DNA of 64,000 nucleotides from an uncultured Acidobacteriota bacterium (GTDB taxonomy: Bacteria; Acidobacteriota; Blastocatellia; RBC074): the NCBI GenBank assembly GCA_963796275.1, contig CAWCKY010000002.1:192001-256000 (forward strand). Direction: 5' to 3'. The translations under genes and the position numbers were made by a program. Positions 1 to 12,673 of the stretch are shown in pieces. Below the pieces are notes generated by a model that worked only from the letters and a program-made list of their open reading frames with translations, made no database searches and had not been told where the DNA came from. Positions within the stretch are counted from its first letter, which is position 1. Each line of letters begins with the position of its first letter.

Positions 1-1496
1 GCTGCGACTCGCATCATCGATGCGCCCAGCCTCAAGCTTTTTAGAAAAGGCCCGGCTGTGTTAAGGACAGGTTGCGGAAAGAGCCCTAACCAGACGATTG
101 CGATAATCATCACACCCATGACGGCCATCTCACGGGCTGAGAGATCGGAGAAAGCCAGAGAATGCTCCCTCGGTCCGTGGAAAACCCGCTGGATGATCCA
201 CAATGAATAGACGGTCGCGAAGACTAAACCTGTTGCCGCGAGCACGGTCAGAGATACACTCGACCGGTAAGAGCCGAATAACACCAGGAACTCGCCGAGG
301 AAATTGCCCAACCCGGGCAGGCCGAGAGAGGCTAATGCAAAGAAGAGTGTGACCGCACCCATGCGCGGTGCGACAGACCAGAATCCGCCCATCCGATTCA
401 GATCGCGTGTATGGATACGCTCCTGAAGCGCACCCGCCAGGATGAACAGCGCGCCCGTGCTGATCCCATGACAGAGGATTTGAATCACCGCGCCTTGCAG
501 CGCCAGATCATTCGCGGCGAAGACTCCGAGAAGCACGAAGCCCATATGGCTGATGCTCGTGTATGCCACGAGCCGCTTGAGATCGGTTTGCGCGAAGGCC
601 AGGATTGCGCCATACAGAATCCCAATCACGCCAAGCGCCATCGCGACTGGGGCGAAATCGAGAGCCGCTTGAGGAAACAAAGGCACGGCGAAGCGGATCA
701 ATCCGTATGCCCCGGTTTTGAGCAAGAGGCCGGCCAGGATGACGCTGCCCGCCGTGGGAGCCTCGGTGTGGGCGTCAGGCAACCAGCTATGCACCGGTAC
801 GACCGGAAGCTTGACGGCGAAAGCGATGAAGAAACCGAGCATCAGGAGCATCGCTGTTTGCGGATTCATCGCAGTGCCAAGCAGTTGCGAATAATCGAAC
901 GTATAAGTGCCGGTATTCTGTCCATGGATAAAATAGAGCCCTAAAATCGCAGCGAGCATAAGCAAGCCGCCGGCCTGTGTGAAGATGAAGAACTTGATAG
1001 CAGCATAGATGCGATTTTCATGCCCCCAGATGCCGATGAGAAAGTACATCGGCACCAGCATCAACTCCCAGAAGAAGTAGAAAAGGAAGAGGTCTAAGGA
1101 GAGAAAGACGCCGACAATCCCGGCCAGAATCCACATGAGGTTGAAATGGAAGAAACCAACCCGCTCCCGAACCTCCGTCCACGATGCGACCACGGCCATG
1201 ATCCCAAGGAACAAAGTGAGCACGACCAATAGTAGACTCAGGCCATCTATGGCGAGGTGAAAGCTGATACCCAATTGCGGAATCCACTCTCGATTCAGCT
1301 CGGCCAGCAGCCATGAGCTTTCAGACGAGAACCGAGCCTGACCGAAATACCGTCCCCACAGAACCACCGCCAGGATAGAATCGACGCCCAGCGCGAGGAG
1401 CGAAATGTAGCGCGGCCACAAAGTATTCCAGCGACTGAGCAGCCACGCCAGAAGTCCGCCTGTCAGCAGAATGATGATAAGCCACGCCAGGATCAT
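1..1496 (-). CDS. nuoM: NADH-quinone oxidoreductase subunit M (3' end outside window)
   Basis: Not in the ORF track; read manually. ATG at 1496 overlaps the nuoL stop (ATGA). Translates MILAWLIIILLTGGLLAWLL..., with FYFFWELMLVPMYFLIGIWGH and AVKLPVVPVHSWLPDAHTEAPTAGSV motifs. Confidence 0.93.
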   Translation of the reverse strand, partial: MILAWLIIILLTGGLLAWLLSRWNTLWPRYISLLALGVDSILAVVLWGRYFGQARFSSESSWLLAELNREWIPQLGISFHLAIDGLSLLLVVLTLFLGIMAVVASWTEVRERVGFFHFNLMWILAGIVGVFLSLDLFLFYFFWELMLVPMYFLIGIWGHENRIYAAIKFFIFTQAGGLLMLAAILGLYFIHGQNTGTYTFDYSQLLGTAMNPQTAMLLMLGFFIAFAVKLPVVPVHSWLPDAHTEAPTAGSVILAGLLLKTGAYGLIRFAVPLFPQAALDFAPVAMALGVIGILYGAILAFAQTDLKRLVAYTSISHMGFVLLGVFAANDLALQGAVIQILCHGISTGALFILAGALQERIHTRDLNRMGGFWSVAPRMGAVTLFFALASLGLPGLGNFLGEFLVLFGSYRSSVSLTVLAATGLVFATVYSLWIIQRVFHGPREHSLAFSDLSAREMAVMGVMIIAIVWLGLFPQPVLNTAGPFLKSLRLGASMMRVA

Positions 1497-3385
1497 AGGA
1501 ACACCGCGATCGCTATTATCGCTGCCGCGCCGACAGCGATTCCCATTGCGTACCATCGCACTTGCCCTGTCACGGTACGGCTCAGCGCGCGATAGGTAGT
1601 TTGACTCAGCCAGGCTATCGCCTCATAGATGAGATCAATGAAATCGTTTTTGTAAGTCTGAGCCATCCAGATAAAAGGCCGGACAAATAACTTGTCGTAC
1701 AACCAATCGAAGCCCCATCCCGCATACCAAAACCTGTGCAACGCCGTGCCGAAATACGAGTGTGTCAAGCTTTCGGCCAGGCGAGGACGGCTTAGGTAGA
1801 AGAGATACGCGAGGTAAATTCCGATTAACGTAGTCATAGCGGCGATGACCTGAAATGCCAGTTCGATGCTCGTCTCAGCATGTCCAGAGCTCACTGCCGG
1901 TAAGGCGTTTTGCATTAACTCAGAGAAAAGTGGCCGGTTGCCCAGGGTGCGCGGCAATTCTACCAATCCGCCAGCTATCGACAGGAAGGCCAGAATGATC
2001 AATGGAATCTGCATCGGGATTCCGGGCGTTTGACCGACCTGACTCCTGGCCTCCCCGAAGAAAGTGATGAAGACCATGCGAAAGGTATAAATCGCAGTCA
2101 GCAAGGCGCCGATCAAACCTGCAGCCCAAAGCCACGGACTCCCTTTCGGCGAAGACCACGCTTCCCAGAGGATCATATCTTTGCTGTAGAAGCCGGCCGT
2201 CACCAGCGGCATTGCGGCCAGCGACGCGGCGCCGATGAGAAAAGTCACGAATGTAAGCGGAAGTTGCCTGCGCAAACCGCCCATCTCAAACATATCGTGC
2301 TCTTGCTGCAGACTCAGGATCACGACACCGGCGCCTAGGAAGAGAAGAGCTTTGAAGAAAGAATGGGTCATCAAGTGGAAGATGGCCGCTGACCACGCCC
2401 CAACTCCGAGAGCCAGAAACATATAACCGATCTGACTGATGGTGGAGTAAGCGAGGACGCGCTTGAGGTCCCGCTGCATGAGAGCGCTGAAGCCCGCCAT
2501 CAGCAGCGTTGCAGCCCCGATAATCGCCACAGCTGACTGCACGATCGGCGCGAGAGTGAAAAGCACGTTCATACGAGCGATCAAATAGACGCCAGCCGTC
2601 ACCATCGTAGCGGCATGGATGAGGGCGCTCACCGGTGTGGGACCAGCCATTGCATCCGGCAGCCACGTCTGTAAAGGGAGTTGTGCCGACTTACCCAAAG
2701 CGCCGCCCAGGAGCAGAGCTGCGGCGGCCACAGCGAGCGGCGAGCCAATCGGCCATTGCTGCGAGGCGCGTCCCATCAACTCCTGCATCTGCAAAGTACC
2801 CAAATGAGTGAAGAGCAGGAAGAGACCGACGGCCATCGCGGTATCGCCAACGCGGGTGACGATAAACGCTTTGCGAGCCGCGCTACCGTTGGCCGGCTCT
2901 TTGTACCAGAACCCAATGAGGAGATAACTACAAAGACCTACGCCCTCCCATCCCAGATAAAGCAGCAGCAAATTGTCGGCCAGCACCAGGGTCAGCATCG
3001 ATCCGACAAAGAGATTCATATATGCGAAGAAGCGGCTGTATCCTTCTTCAGCGATCATAAATTCCGCTGAATAGAGATGAATGAGAAACCCGACGAAAGT
3101 GATGACCAGCATCATCACTAACGATAACGCGTCGAGATAGAGAGTTATTGTGGGGGCGAAGCCTCCAATCGCGATCCATGTCCAGAGGGTTTGTGAGTAG
3201 GCATGACTTGCCGGCGGCGAACCGATGAAGCCGATGCTGAGGAGGATCGTCAGAATCGCTGAGGCACACACCGAACCGACACCGATGCCCGCCACGCCGG
3301 TGCGCGAGAGTCGAGAGCCTGCCAGCACCAGCACCAGGAACCCGGCGAAGGGCGAAACGGGTATTAACCACAATAACTCGAACAT
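1493..3385 (-). CDS. nuoL: NADH-quinone oxidoreductase subunit L
   Basis: WEGVGLCSYLLIGFWY and GKSAQLPLQTWLPDAMAGPTPVSALIHAATMV motifs. Start placed at MFELLWL (3385), just after the nuoK stop; the ORF track extends to 3418. Confidence 0.96.
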   Translation of the reverse strand: MFELLWLIPVSPFAGFLVLVLAGSRLSRTGVAGIGVGSVCASAILTILLSIGFIGSPPASHAYSQTLWTWIAIGGFAPTITLYLDALSLVMMLVITFVGFLIHLYSAEFMIAEEGYSRFFAYMNLFVGSMLTLVLADNLLLLYLGWEGVGLCSYLLIGFWYKEPANGSAARKAFIVTRVGDTAMAVGLFLLFTHLGTLQMQELMGRASQQWPIGSPLAVAAAALLLGGALGKSAQLPLQTWLPDAMAGPTPVSALIHAATMVTAGVYLIARMNVLFTLAPIVQSAVAIIGAATLLMAGFSALMQRDLKRVLAYSTISQIGYMFLALGVGAWSAAIFHLMTHSFFKALLFLGAGVVILSLQQEHDMFEMGGLRRQLPLTFVTFLIGAASLAAMPLVTAGFYSKDMILWEAWSSPKGSPWLWAAGLIGALLTAIYTFRMVFITFFGEARSQVGQTPGIPMQIPLIILAFLSIAGGLVELPRTLGNRPLFSELMQNALPAVSSGHAETSIELAFQVIAAMTTLIGIYLAYLFYLSRPRLAESLTHSYFGTALHRFWYAGWGFDWLYDKLFVRPFIWMAQTYKNDFIDLIYEAIAWLSQTTYRALSRTVTGQVRWYAMGIAVGAAAIIAIAVFL

Positions 3386-3386
3386 C

Positions 3387-3701
3387 TCACCCCCGCATCT
3401 TACTGGCCGCATCCACATCCAGAGTCTTCAGCCTGTGATAGAGCTGGAGTACCAGGGCCAAACCGACCGACACTTCTGCCGCGGCCACTGCCAGAATAAA
3501 GATGAACATAACCTGGCCATCGACCTGTTCCCATCGAGATCCGGCGACAACAAAGGCCAGCCCTGCCGCATTCAACATGATCTCAATGGACATCAGAATG
3601 AAGATGATGTTGCGACGCACCAACACGCCGATCAGCCCCAGGACAAAGAGCAACCCGGAAAGGAGCAGCCCGTATTCGACAGTCAGCGACGGCATGATCA
3701 T
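3387..3701 (-). CDS. nuoK: NADH-quinone oxidoreductase subunit K
   Basis: [22 protein letters not shown] and [11 protein letters not shown] motifs; operon position. Confidence 0.96.
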   Translation of the reverse strand: MIMPSLTVEYGLLLSGLLFVLGLIGVLVRRNIIFILMSIEIMLNAAGLAFVVAGSRWEQVDGQVMFIFILAVAAAEVSVGLALVLQLYHRLKTLDVDAASKMRG

Positions 3702-4201
3702 TACCTCTCTCTATATATATTTCGGCCGAGATGATAAGCGCCCACCAGACCCGCCAGTAGCAGCATGGCAGCCAACTCCACACCCAACAGGTAAGGGCCA
3801 AAAAGCGCAACCCCCACCTGTCGCGGCTCTATACTGATGACTCCGGATTGTTGGCGACCTGCGCGAGTGATCATGTAGACCAGCTCCGCCATCAGAATGA
3901 TCGCCAGGATCGCCGGCCCAATCCACATTCGCGCTTTCAACCACTGACTTTCCCGCATGACGGCCTCATGACCCAGGTTGAGCAGCATGATCACGAATAC
4001 GAAGAGCACCATGATCGCTCCTGCATAGATGATCACCTCCAGGGCAGCGATGAATGGGGCGCCCAGGCGGAAGAAGATCAATGCCACCGAGAGTAACGAC
4101 ACGATCAAGTAAAGCAAGGCATGCACGGCATTCAGCCGGGTGATCACCATCACCGTCGAAACAATCGCCACTGCTGCTGCGATGAAAAATACTGCGTCCA
4201 T
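3701..4201 (-). CDS. nuoJ: NADH-quinone oxidoreductase subunit J
   Basis: [12 protein letters not shown] and [22 protein letters not shown] motifs. Confidence 0.96.
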   Translation of the reverse strand: MDAVFFIAAAVAIVSTVMVITRLNAVHALLYLIVSLLSVALIFFRLGAPFIAALEVIIYAGAIMVLFVFVIMLLNLGHEAVMRESQWLKARMWIGPAILAIILMAELVYMITRAGRQQSGVISIEPRQVGVALFGPYLLGVELAAMLLLAGLVGAYHLGRNIYRER

Positions 4202-4231
4202 AGACTACAACTCTGTCTCGCCACTACTTGA

Positions 4232-4747
4232 TCACGGCATCAGACTGTGCACGTCTATAGGCGGCTCCTCATTCTTGGCCTCGCCTTTATCCTTCCCCCC
4301 AATTGCCAATCCGGCCACCCGGTAAAAGTTATAACCCGGATACTTGCCGGGGCCGTCGATCAGCAGATCCTCCTTCTCATAGACCAGGTTTTGCCGTTTG
4401 TATTCAGACATCTCGAAATCGGGAGTGAGCTGGATCGCATATGTGGGACACGCCTCCTCGCAAAAGCCGCAAAAGATGCAGCGCGAGAAGTTGATGCGAA
4501 AGAACTCCGGGTAACGCCGGCCATGCTCGTCCTCCGTCGCTTGCAAGGCGATGCAATCGACCGGACAGGCGACCGCGCACAAGTAGCAAGCAACACATCG
4601 CTCGCCTCCGTCAGGATCGCGCGAGAGGATGATACGCCCTCGCCACCTGGGCGGCAGATAAGGCTTCTCATCGGGATACTGAATTGTCTCCCGCCGTCGA
4701 AACATATGCAGAAATACCAACCACATGCTCTTCAGAATACTGATCAT
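4232..4747 (-). CDS. nuoI: NADH-quinone oxidoreductase subunit I (2x[4Fe-4S])
   Basis: [12 protein letters not shown] and [12 protein letters not shown] ferredoxin motifs. Confidence 0.97.
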   Translation of the reverse strand: MISILKSMWLVFLHMFRRRETIQYPDEKPYLPPRWRGRIILSRDPDGGERCVACYLCAVACPVDCIALQATEDEHGRRYPEFFRINFSRCIFCGFCEEACPTYAIQLTPDFEMSEYKRQNLVYEKEDLLIDGPGKYPGYNFYRVAGLAIGGKDKGEAKNEEPPIDVHSLMP

Positions 4748-4762
4748 CGTTTTCTCCTTCTA

Positions 4763-5722
4763 TCAGGCCGCGAGCACAATCGCTCCGGTGACGACAATGT
4801 TGAGCAATGTCAGCGGAAGCATAACCTTCCAGCCGTAAGCCATCAGTTGATCATAACGCGGCCTGGGAAGCGCGGCCCGCAGCAAGATGAACCCGCAAAT
4901 AAAGACGAAGGTCTTGAGAAGAAACAAGACCACCGGCGGCAGCACCGGCCCCAGCCATCCGCCGAAGAACAGCGACACGATCATGGCAGAGATCAGCGTG
5001 ATGCCGAGATATTCCCCGACGAAGAACATGCCGAATTTCATGCCGGAATATTCGGAATGATAACCGGCCACCAGCTCGCTTTCGGCTTCCGGCAGATCGA
5101 AAGGCAGCCGATGCGTCTCTGCGATACCGGCAATGAGGAAAGTTACCAGACCGAGAAACTGGGGGATGCAGAACCACAGGCCCCGCTGCGCTTCCACGAT
5201 CTCGCGCAAGTTAAATGACCCGGCAAGCATGACCACCCCCATGAGCGACAGCCCCATGAACACTTCATAGCTCAACATTTGAGCTGAGGCTCGCAAGCCG
5301 CCCAGCAACGAGTATTTGTTCCCCGACGCCCATCCAGCCAGCACCACGCTATAGACACCCAACGACGACATCCCCAGGAAGAAGAGCAGGCCTATGTTCA
5401 GGTCCACCACCTGAATACCTGGGGCAAACGGGATGATGGAGAAGGACATCAACATCGTCACTACGATTACAGCCGGGGCGATAATGAACACCGGCTTGTC
5501 GGCGAAGGGCGGATTCCAATCCTCTTTGGCAAATATCTTGATCATATCGGCCAGCACCTGCAGCAAACCGAAAGGGCCGACGCGATTAGGGCCATAACGG
5601 TCTTGCCAGAGCGCCAGCAGCCGGCGCTCCAGCCAGATCAGCCCTGCGGCGATGGTGAGTATGGCGATCAGCACGCCGGCGATAGTCATGAGTGATCGGA
5701 TGATTTCATTCATCTCCCTCAT
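4763..5722 (-). CDS. nuoH: NADH-quinone oxidoreductase subunit H
   Basis: [16 protein letters not shown] and [26 protein letters not shown] motifs. Confidence 0.97.
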   Translation of the reverse strand: MREMNEIIRSLMTIAGVLIAILTIAAGLIWLERRLLALWQDRYGPNRVGPFGLLQVLADMIKIFAKEDWNPPFADKPVFIIAPAVIVVTMLMSFSIIPFAPGIQVVDLNIGLLFFLGMSSLGVYSVVLAGWASGNKYSLLGGLRASAQMLSYEVFMGLSLMGVVMLAGSFNLREIVEAQRGLWFCIPQFLGLVTFLIAGIAETHRLPFDLPEAESELVAGYHSEYSGMKFGMFFVGEYLGITLISAMIVSLFFGGWLGPVLPPVVLFLLKTFVFICGFILLRAALPRPRYDQLMAYGWKVMLPLTLLNIVVTGAIVLAA

Positions 5723-8430
5723 CCTCTCGATAGACTGCCCCAGGCAGGCAAAGCAATCTCCGTTAGCTCCCGCAAGTCGGCGGGCAACCCGGCGACCCCT
5801 CTCGGTAATGCCGGTTGGAGCTTTACGGGAAGGCGATGTACAGAGCCATCCAGCGCCAGCTCTATCTCTTCCCCATCATTTACCCGAAGACCGGACGCAT
5901 CATCGGGATTTAGCGCCAGGTAAGGCTGTGGAGATCGTTCAGCAATGCCAGGTGACAAGATGCTTAACTCCTCCGAACCGAAGATATGGTAGAGAGGCAC
6001 AATCAACCACTCGCTTTCGCGAGACTTAAAGGCTGCCGGTACATCGCGGAAGTAATATACTTCCGCACCCGACGCAGGCTCGATCATGCGCTGACCAGGA
6101 TCCCCGCCTAGCAGCGGGCCGCCCACTTCATCCTGGAACTTATTTAATGCCTGCACTGAGTTCCACCCCGGCGCCCAGTAATGCGTGATGAACGGCGGCG
6201 GCGGCTCGCCTTCATAACCTTCCATTGAGAAAGCGAGCGGAGAGTCGGGGTCATTTGGCGGTCGAGGCTCGTTAACATCGATCTGAACCAGCATAGCTGT
6301 GCGCCCGCTGTACCGGTGTGGTTGGCGGGGTATCTTTTGTCCCGCGATGCGAAATCCTGCGGGCGGTGCGACCTTCAAAATCGGCGAACAGATAGGAATC
6401 GCCGCGGCCAGGGCGGAAGCGACGTCATCGAGGTTATACCAGGCCGCACCCTCAGAGTGGTTAGTGGCGATCATCACATCGCGCAGCCAGCGCCAGCTCT
6501 CCTGGATCTCCCCATTCGGCACAAATACCTGATAGAAGCGCTGCGCGCGCCCTTCGCTGTTCACCAGCGTGCCATCGCCCTCGGCAAAGGTAGCCGCCGG
6601 GAGAATCACATCAGCTTTAGACGTGGTGGGATTGGATAAGTGATCGATCGCAATAATATGCCTGGCAGCATTCAGCATCGTATCCACTGACTTCGCATCC
6701 GCCCGCCGATAGAGATCATTCTCCAGAATAATCACGGTCTCTGCAGCCTTCTGCTCCATAATTTTGAAAGTATCGTTGAGGCTATTTCCGCCGATGAGAG
6801 CTACGCCCAGGCTATTGCATTCAGGCACAGTGAAACATAGTTCGGCAGTTCGGCCGTTTTCGCACAAAGCCCGCGCCACGTTAGCGGCCGCCAGCATCAC
6901 TTCTTCGGAGCCGCAACTTGTTCCGGAGATGATCAAAGGCCGCTTGGCCCCTTTGAGCGCCTGAGCGATCCTGCCGGCCAATGAATGCAACTCCTCCGGC
7001 AGGTCTCTGACCGGCGGAGCGCCACCATTCAGCGCATGAGCCACCGCAAAACCCAGACGGGCCAGATCATCGGGCGCTGCGCGGTACTTCTCAGCAGCGA
7101 TATCGTCAAGTCTTGTGCTGCAGGTCGTCGCGATGAAAAGCGGCCCCTTCTCACCCTGAATTGCCTCGCGTACAGCGGCATCGTCCCACTCGGGGATTTT
7201 CAGCCTCGCAGCAATCTCCAGAGGCTTGCGCAGCACCGATCGGCGCAGGGCGAGCGCCAACCTCGGCGCTACATTTGTGAGATCCTCTCCCAGCAGCAGA
7301 ACCGCGTCAGCGAGCTCCGCGTCGTGCAGCGACGGCGAGCGCGCGGGACCTATCCTTAAAATGTTCCGCGCTGTAGCAATCAGGCGAGAATCGCGCTCGG
7401 ACATTCCAAGACAGAAGTGCTCCGGCCCGACCAGAGTACGCAGCGCAAAATTGGCCTCCAGCGACGCGCGCGGAGATCCGATCCCGATCACTCTGGAACT
7501 CTCGGAAAGGAGCGGCTTCAAGTATTGAATGATGAAATCTTTTGCAGCCGGCTCTAACAAGCCGCTTCCCTGCTTCCGAAGCAATGGCTGGCGAATTCTC
7601 CGATCTCTGTTCACAAACTCATAGCCGTAACGCCCGCGATCGCACAGGAAGTACCCATTGACTTCACCGTTATACCGGTTGTAGACCCGCCGCAGCTCAC
7701 CGTAACGCTCGCCGGGAATTGTGTTGCAGCCCAGACCGCAGTGCACGCAGATGGACGGCGCAGTCTGCAAATCCCACTTGCGCGTGTAGTGTTGCTTCAA
7801 TGTTTTATCGGTGAAGACTCCCGTAGGACACACCTCAACCAGGTTGCCGCTGAACTCATTCTCCAGAATGCCATCCTCAAAGCGGCCGAAGTAGACGTGA
7901 TCGTGCGCAGCAAAGACGTCCAGATCGCGCCCCCCGGCGTAGTCGCGATAGAATCGAATACAACGATAGCATTCGATACAACGGTTCATCTCGTGGTTGA
8001 CGAACGGGCCGAGATACTGATTGCGAAATGTCCGCTTCCGGAAACGGAAGCGCCGGTAAGTATGTCCGGTCATTACCGTCATATCCTGAAGGTGGCACTC
8101 GCCACCCTCATCACAGACCGGGCAATCGTGCGGATGGTTGACCATGAGCCATTCGATCACGCTCGCACGAAATGATCTCGCTTCCGAATCGTCGATTGAG
8201 ATGCGCGTGTTGCTGGCGGCCGGGGTCATGCAAGCCATCATCAGCCTGCCATGCGTATCCTTCTCGTCCCTGAACTGTTTCACCGCGCACTGGCGGCAGG
8301 CGCCGACCGAACCCAAAGCCGGATGCCAACAGAAGTAGGGTAGATCGAAGCCTAACGAAAGGCAGCTGTGAAGCAGGTTCTGACCATCTTCGACGGTGTA
8401 AGGTTGGTTATCGATATAGATAATCGCCAT
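5719..8430 (-). CDS. nuoG: NADH-quinone oxidoreductase subunit G (long E. coli type, with N7 motif)
   Basis: [42 protein letters not shown] and CVHCGLGC; 903 aa. Confidence 0.97.
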   Translation of the reverse strand: MAIIYIDNQPYTVEDGQNLLHSCLSLGFDLPYFCWHPALGSVGACRQCAVKQFRDEKDTHGRLMMACMTPAASNTRISIDDSEARSFRASVIEWLMVNHPHDCPVCDEGGECHLQDMTVMTGHTYRRFRFRKRTFRNQYLGPFVNHEMNRCIECYRCIRFYRDYAGGRDLDVFAAHDHVYFGRFEDGILENEFSGNLVEVCPTGVFTDKTLKQHYTRKWDLQTAPSICVHCGLGCNTIPGERYGELRRVYNRYNGEVNGYFLCDRGRYGYEFVNRDRRIRQPLLRKQGSGLLEPAAKDFIIQYLKPLLSESSRVIGIGSPRASLEANFALRTLVGPEHFCLGMSERDSRLIATARNILRIGPARSPSLHDAELADAVLLLGEDLTNVAPRLALALRRSVLRKPLEIAARLKIPEWDDAAVREAIQGEKGPLFIATTCSTRLDDIAAEKYRAAPDDLARLGFAVAHALNGGAPPVRDLPEELHSLAGRIAQALKGAKRPLIISGTSCGSEEVMLAAANVARALCENGRTAELCFTVPECNSLGVALIGGNSLNDTFKIMEQKAAETVIILENDLYRRADAKSVDTMLNAARHIIAIDHLSNPTTSKADVILPAATFAEGDGTLVNSEGRAQRFYQVFVPNGEIQESWRWLRDVMIATNHSEGAAWYNLDDVASALAAAIPICSPILKVAPPAGFRIAGQKIPRQPHRYSGRTAMLVQIDVNEPRPPNDPDSPLAFSMEGYEGEPPPPFITHYWAPGWNSVQALNKFQDEVGGPLLGGDPGQRMIEPASGAEVYYFRDVPAAFKSRESEWLIVPLYHIFGSEELSILSPGIAERSPQPYLALNPDDASGLRVNDGEEIELALDGSVHRLPVKLQPALPRGVAGLPADLRELTEIALPAWGSLSRG

Positions 8431-8433
8431 TCG

Positions 8434-9708
8434 CTATCTCCACGGACACCGACGCTCGTGAATGTGCCGCTCAAAATCATCTTTGAAATACTGCAGAGCG
8501 CTCTGCAACGGCTCCACCGCACCGGGAGCGAGCGCGCAAAAAGTAAGACCGGGCCCGAGAAATCTGGCATGCCAGGCCAGTCTCTCAAGGTCATCCGGCT
8601 GCCCCTGGCCATTCTCGATAGCCTGGAGAATTCGCGCTGTCCACGGCAGACCTTCGCGGCATGGCGTGCACCAGCCGCAAGACTCCTGGGCGAAGAAGTG
8701 TTCGAGGTTATGCACCAGACCGACCGGGCAGGTTTGATCGTCGAGTACGATCATTGTTCCGGTGCCCATCCGGCTGCCCGCTCTCTGCACCGAGGCATAA
8801 TCCATCCTCACATCCAGATGCTCCTCAACCAGGAAGTCGGTCGAAGCTCCACCCGGGATCACGCCACGGAATTTAAGACCATCGCGCATTCCGCCGGCAT
8901 GCTCTTCCAATATCTCCCGGATGGTAGTGCCCACCGGCAGCTCCCAGGCACCGGGCCGTTTGACCTTGCCGCTGACGCCATAGATTTTCGTCCCGCCTTC
9001 GCCGGTCAGGCTCAAGCCTTTGAACCATTCAGCTCCCTGGTTGATGATGTGGGGCACATTACAGAGGGTTTCGACGTTATTCACGATCGTCGGCTTGCCC
9101 CAGAGTCCGCTGACTTGCGGGTAGGGAGGTTTGGACCGCGGCGTAGCGCGTTTCCCTTCCAGGGCATTGAGCAGGCCCGTCTCTTCACCGCACATATAGC
9201 GGCCGGCGCTGATGTGGAGATGCAGCTCAAGGCTATAGCCAGACCCCACAATGTTTTTGCCCAGGTAGTTGCCCTCGTAAGCCTCGGCCAGTGCCTTTCG
9301 TAACCGTTTCGCCGCCAGCGTGTATTCCCCGCGCAAGAAGATATAAGCAACATCGGCCTGGATGGCATAGGAGCTGACGATCATGCCTTCGATCAGGTGG
9401 TGCGGATCGCCTTCGAGGAACAATCGGTCTTTGAATGTGCCCGGCTCCATCTCGTCAGCATTGGCAATTAGGTACTTGGGATGCGGAGCATCCGGGCCCA
9501 TTGGCACGAAGCTCCATTTTGTACCGGTCGGGAAACCGGCGCCGCCGCGACCCAGCAGATTGGATTGCTTAACCAGCTCCACCACTTCTTGTGGCCCCAT
9601 GCTTTGCAGAGATTTGCGCACCGCCTGATAGCCGCCTGCCTGTTCGTATTCTTTCAGATTCGGCGGCTCTCGATCGGGCCGGATGTTCCTGGTGAGCGGT
9701 CTTTCCAT
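8434..9708 (-). CDS. nuoF: NADH-quinone oxidoreductase subunit F
   Basis: GRGGAGFPTG, NADEMEPGTFKDR, GRYMCGEETGL and ESCGWCTPCREG motifs. Confidence 0.97.
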   Translation of the reverse strand: MERPLTRNIRPDREPPNLKEYEQAGGYQAVRKSLQSMGPQEVVELVKQSNLLGRGGAGFPTGTKWSFVPMGPDAPHPKYLIANADEMEPGTFKDRLFLEGDPHHLIEGMIVSSYAIQADVAYIFLRGEYTLAAKRLRKALAEAYEGNYLGKNIVGSGYSLELHLHISAGRYMCGEETGLLNALEGKRATPRSKPPYPQVSGLWGKPTIVNNVETLCNVPHIINQGAEWFKGLSLTGEGGTKIYGVSGKVKRPGAWELPVGTTIREILEEHAGGMRDGLKFRGVIPGGASTDFLVEEHLDVRMDYASVQRAGSRMGTGTMIVLDDQTCPVGLVHNLEHFFAQESCGWCTPCREGLPWTARILQAIENGQGQPDDLERLAWHARFLGPGLTFCALAPGAVEPLQSALQYFKDDFERHIHERRCPWR

Positions 9709-10187
9709 TAGATTTCTACCTTTGCTTCTATCGATTCGATGATCTGGCCGATCTTATGAATATCCAGATCCTGGTAAAGCTCGTCATCTATCATAAGTGC
9801 TGGGGCATGATCACAAGCTCCAAGGCATGGAATGGGTAACATCGTAAACTCCCCATCCGGACTGGTCTCGCCCAGCTTGATCCTCAGGCGGGCCGTCAGA
9901 TTCTCGCGGATCCGGTCGTACCCCATGATCCAGCAACTGACGCTATCGCAAATGAGGATTACATGCTTCCCGACGGGTTTGCGGAAGATCAAGTTGTAAA
10001 AAGTCGCGACGCTATCTAACTCATCAGGCGTCATCTCCAGAAACCCGGCCAGATCCCTGATGCCCTCATCGGAGACCCAGCCCCGGTGACGCTGGATAAT
10101 CTTCAGCGCATCAATGCACACGGCTCGCTTCTGAGCATAGTGTTGAAACTCAGCCTCGATCTCCCGTCTCTCCTCTTCAGTGAGCAT
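9708..10187 (-). CDS. nuoE: NADH-quinone oxidoreductase subunit E
   Basis: CDSVSC ... CLGAC [2Fe-2S] ligands and VATFYNLIFRKPVG. Confidence 0.97.
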   Translation of the reverse strand: MLTEEERREIEAEFQHYAQKRAVCIDALKIIQRHRGWVSDEGIRDLAGFLEMTPDELDSVATFYNLIFRKPVGKHVILICDSVSCWIMGYDRIRENLTARLRIKLGETSPDGEFTMLPIPCLGACDHAPALMIDDELYQDLDIHKIGQIIESIEAKVEI

Positions 10188-10215
10188 ATTTCTACCTATT
10201 TCTCTCCCTTACGCT

Positions 10216-11964
10216 TCAGCGATCCACATCGGCCAGAACAAAATCTATGCTGCCCAGGATCGCGAGCAGATCGGGCACCATCAGACCGCGACTGATCAGC
10301 GGAACCATTTGCATGTGCGGAAATGAAGGCGCGCGGATGCGGACGCGATAGGCCATCGTGCCGCCGTCGCTTATCAGGTAGTAACTGTTGGTACCCTTGG
10401 TCGCTTCAATTGTGACTTCGGCCTCGCCCGGCGGTATCACCGGCCCCCAACTGACGCTCAGGAAATGGGTGATGAGGGTCTCGATGTCATACATAGTGCG
10501 CTCTTTGAGCGGCGGAGTCGTTAAGGGATGGTCTGATTTGTACAGGCCGGACGGCAGATGATTCATGCATTGCTCGACGATTCTCAGGCTCTGGCGCATC
10601 TCTTCAACGCGCACGACGGACCGGTCATAGCAATCACCATGCTGGGCAGTGGGAATGTCGAACTCGAATTGATCGTAGCCGGAATAAGGCCGTCTCTTGC
10701 GGAAATCCCACTCTAGCCCACAGGCGCGCAAGCCAGGCCCTGTCACGCCCCATTCGATGGCCTCGTCCAGGCTGTAGGCTCCGATGCCTATGGTGCGCGC
10801 CCTGAAAATACGGTTCTGCATCACCAGTTTGTCATACTCTGCTAGCCTGCGATTCATGTAAGGGATGAAGTCTCGCACCAGCTTGTCCCATCCTTCAGGC
10901 AGGTCTTGCGCCACTCCCCCTATGCGGAACCAGCTCGGGTGCATGCGGCCGCCGCAAATAGCTTCGACAATGTCGAAGATCCGCTCGCGGTCGGTGAACA
11001 TATAAAACACCGGCGAGAGCGCTCCGACATCCTGAGCGAATGTGCCGTACCAGACCAGATGGCTGGCGAGTCGAAAGAATTCCGCCATCATGACGCGAAT
11101 CACCTTCACTCGGTCGGGCACCTCGATCCCAGCCAGTTTCTCGATCGATAAGACGTAGGCGAGGTTATTCATCACCCCGCCGAGGTAATCGACCCGATCG
11201 GTATAAGGAAGGTAGGTATGCCATGACTGCCGTTCGCCCATCTTTTCGGCTCCCCGGTGATGGAAGCCGATCTCCGGCACGGCATCGACGATCTGTTCGC
11301 CGTCGAGTTGCAGCACGATGCGCAGCACGCCATGGGTTCCGGGATGTTGTGGCCCCAGATTGAGGAACATGAAATCGGCATCTTCACTGCTTCGTTTCAG
11401 TCCCCATTCTTCTGGGTGGAATCGCAGCGCTTCTTGTTCAGCTTCCTGCTTCTCCTCGGATAGGCGGAAAGGCTCCATCTCAGTGGCGCGTGCGGGATGC
11501 TCTTTACGGAGAGGATGGCCTATCCATGTGGGTGGCATTAGGATCCTACGGAGATGAGGATGGCCGGTGAAGGTGATGCCGAACATGTCCCAGACCTCGC
11601 GCTCATACCAATTCGCCGCAGGCCAGAGGTCGGTAACCGTCGGCAACGAGGGGTACTCACCTGCGAGCGGTACTTTGAGCCGGATGTCCTGGTTCCGTTC
11701 GAAGGAGAGGAGATGGTAAACGACTGTAAAATCGCTCGGCGGTCGGCTTTCGCGATGGCCCCGGAATCGCTCGTCAATGGCTGTGAGGTCATAGAGCATG
11801 AGATAAGGTCTGACTGCCTCAGTTTTGAGGTACCGTAGTATTTCATGCGCTTTGTCCTGAGCCACCCACAAGGTAGGGATGTCATCGCGCGTGGATTGCG
11901 GCACGAAAGCTATATCAGCAAAGACTTGCCCCAATTCCTCGAAGATTGTCGATGAACTATTCAT
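10216..11964 (-). CDS. nuoCD: Fused NADH-quinone oxidoreductase subunit C/D
   Basis: C part: [22 protein letters not shown] part: [22 protein letters not shown] and C-terminal DFVLADVDR. Confidence 0.97.
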   Translation of the reverse strand: MNSSSTIFEELGQVFADIAFVPQSTRDDIPTLWVAQDKAHEILRYLKTEAVRPYLMLYDLTAIDERFRGHRESRPPSDFTVVYHLLSFERNQDIRLKVPLAGEYPSLPTVTDLWPAANWYEREVWDMFGITFTGHPHLRRILMPPTWIGHPLRKEHPARATEMEPFRLSEEKQEAEQEALRFHPEEWGLKRSSEDADFMFLNLGPQHPGTHGVLRIVLQLDGEQIVDAVPEIGFHHRGAEKMGERQSWHTYLPYTDRVDYLGGVMNNLAYVLSIEKLAGIEVPDRVKVIRVMMAEFFRLASHLVWYGTFAQDVGALSPVFYMFTDRERIFDIVEAICGGRMHPSWFRIGGVAQDLPEGWDKLVRDFIPYMNRRLAEYDKLVMQNRIFRARTIGIGAYSLDEAIEWGVTGPGLRACGLEWDFRKRRPYSGYDQFEFDIPTAQHGDCYDRSVVRVEEMRQSLRIVEQCMNHLPSGLYKSDHPLTTPPLKERTMYDIETLITHFLSVSWGPVIPPGEAEVTIEATKGTNSYYLISDGGTMAYRVRIRAPSFPHMQMVPLISRGLMVPDLLAILGSIDFVLADVDR

Positions 11965-12614
11965 ACCTCATTGGGGGAGCGTAAAATTGTGATCTGCTGC
12001 CTCTCTGCACGTTTCATATCCTTCATAGAGGGAGGCGTTGGTCGCACCACGCCCTGCGGGCCAATCACCCAACTGAGCGGACGTTGTTCTTTCCCCACTG
12101 CCTGTTGAAGCAGTGTTAAGCCTTCCATAAAAGTGCTTGGGCTCGGCGGACAACCCGGCACGTAGAGGTCTACTGGAAGAAACTTATCCACACCCTGAAC
12201 AACGCTGTAGATATCATACATCCCGCCGGAATTGGCGCATGACCCCATGGATATCACCCAGCGCGGTTCCATCATCTGCTCATGAAGTCGTTTGATGATC
12301 GGCGCCATCTTTATGAACACGGTGCCGGCAATTACCATCAGGTCGGCTTCGCGCGGCGTACCGCGAATCACCTCAGCTCCAAAACGCGCGATGTCGTACT
12401 TGCTCGTGATGCTCGTTGCCATCTCGACAAAACAGCACGAGAGGCCAAAATTAAACGGCCAGATGGAGTTCTTTCGCCCCCACGCCAGAAGGTCTTGCAA
12501 CCGTGCGAGCATGAGGTTGCGCCGCACTGCGCTCTCGAAAGAACCGTCACCATCGGCAGATGGTAGGGGGGCAGTCGTTTTACTCAACTTCCATTGCATA
12601 CTTTTGAATGTCAC
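11961..12614 (-). CDS. nuoB: NADH-quinone oxidoreductase subunit B
   Basis: [19 protein letters not shown] and YVPGCPP. Start may be the ATG at 12599. Confidence 0.96.
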   Translation of the reverse strand: MTFKSMQWKLSKTTAPLPSADGDGSFESAVRRNLMLARLQDLLAWGRKNSIWPFNFGLSCCFVEMATSITSKYDIARFGAEVIRGTPREADLMVIAGTVFIKMAPIIKRLHEQMMEPRWVISMGSCANSGGMYDIYSVVQGVDKFLPVDLYVPGCPPSPSTFMEGLTLLQQAVGKEQRPLSWVIGPQGVVRPTPPSMKDMKRAERQQITILRSPNEV

Positions 12615-12673
12615 AGGGGGGTGCGAGAGGGATATGTCTCATCTCGCACCTTTGGACTTCGATCAATCCCCGC

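Noticed and set aside
4247-9303. Long plus-strand ORFs (4247-5218, 8368-9303 and others) opposite the nuo genes
   Set aside because: Antisense shadows of GC-rich coding sequence.
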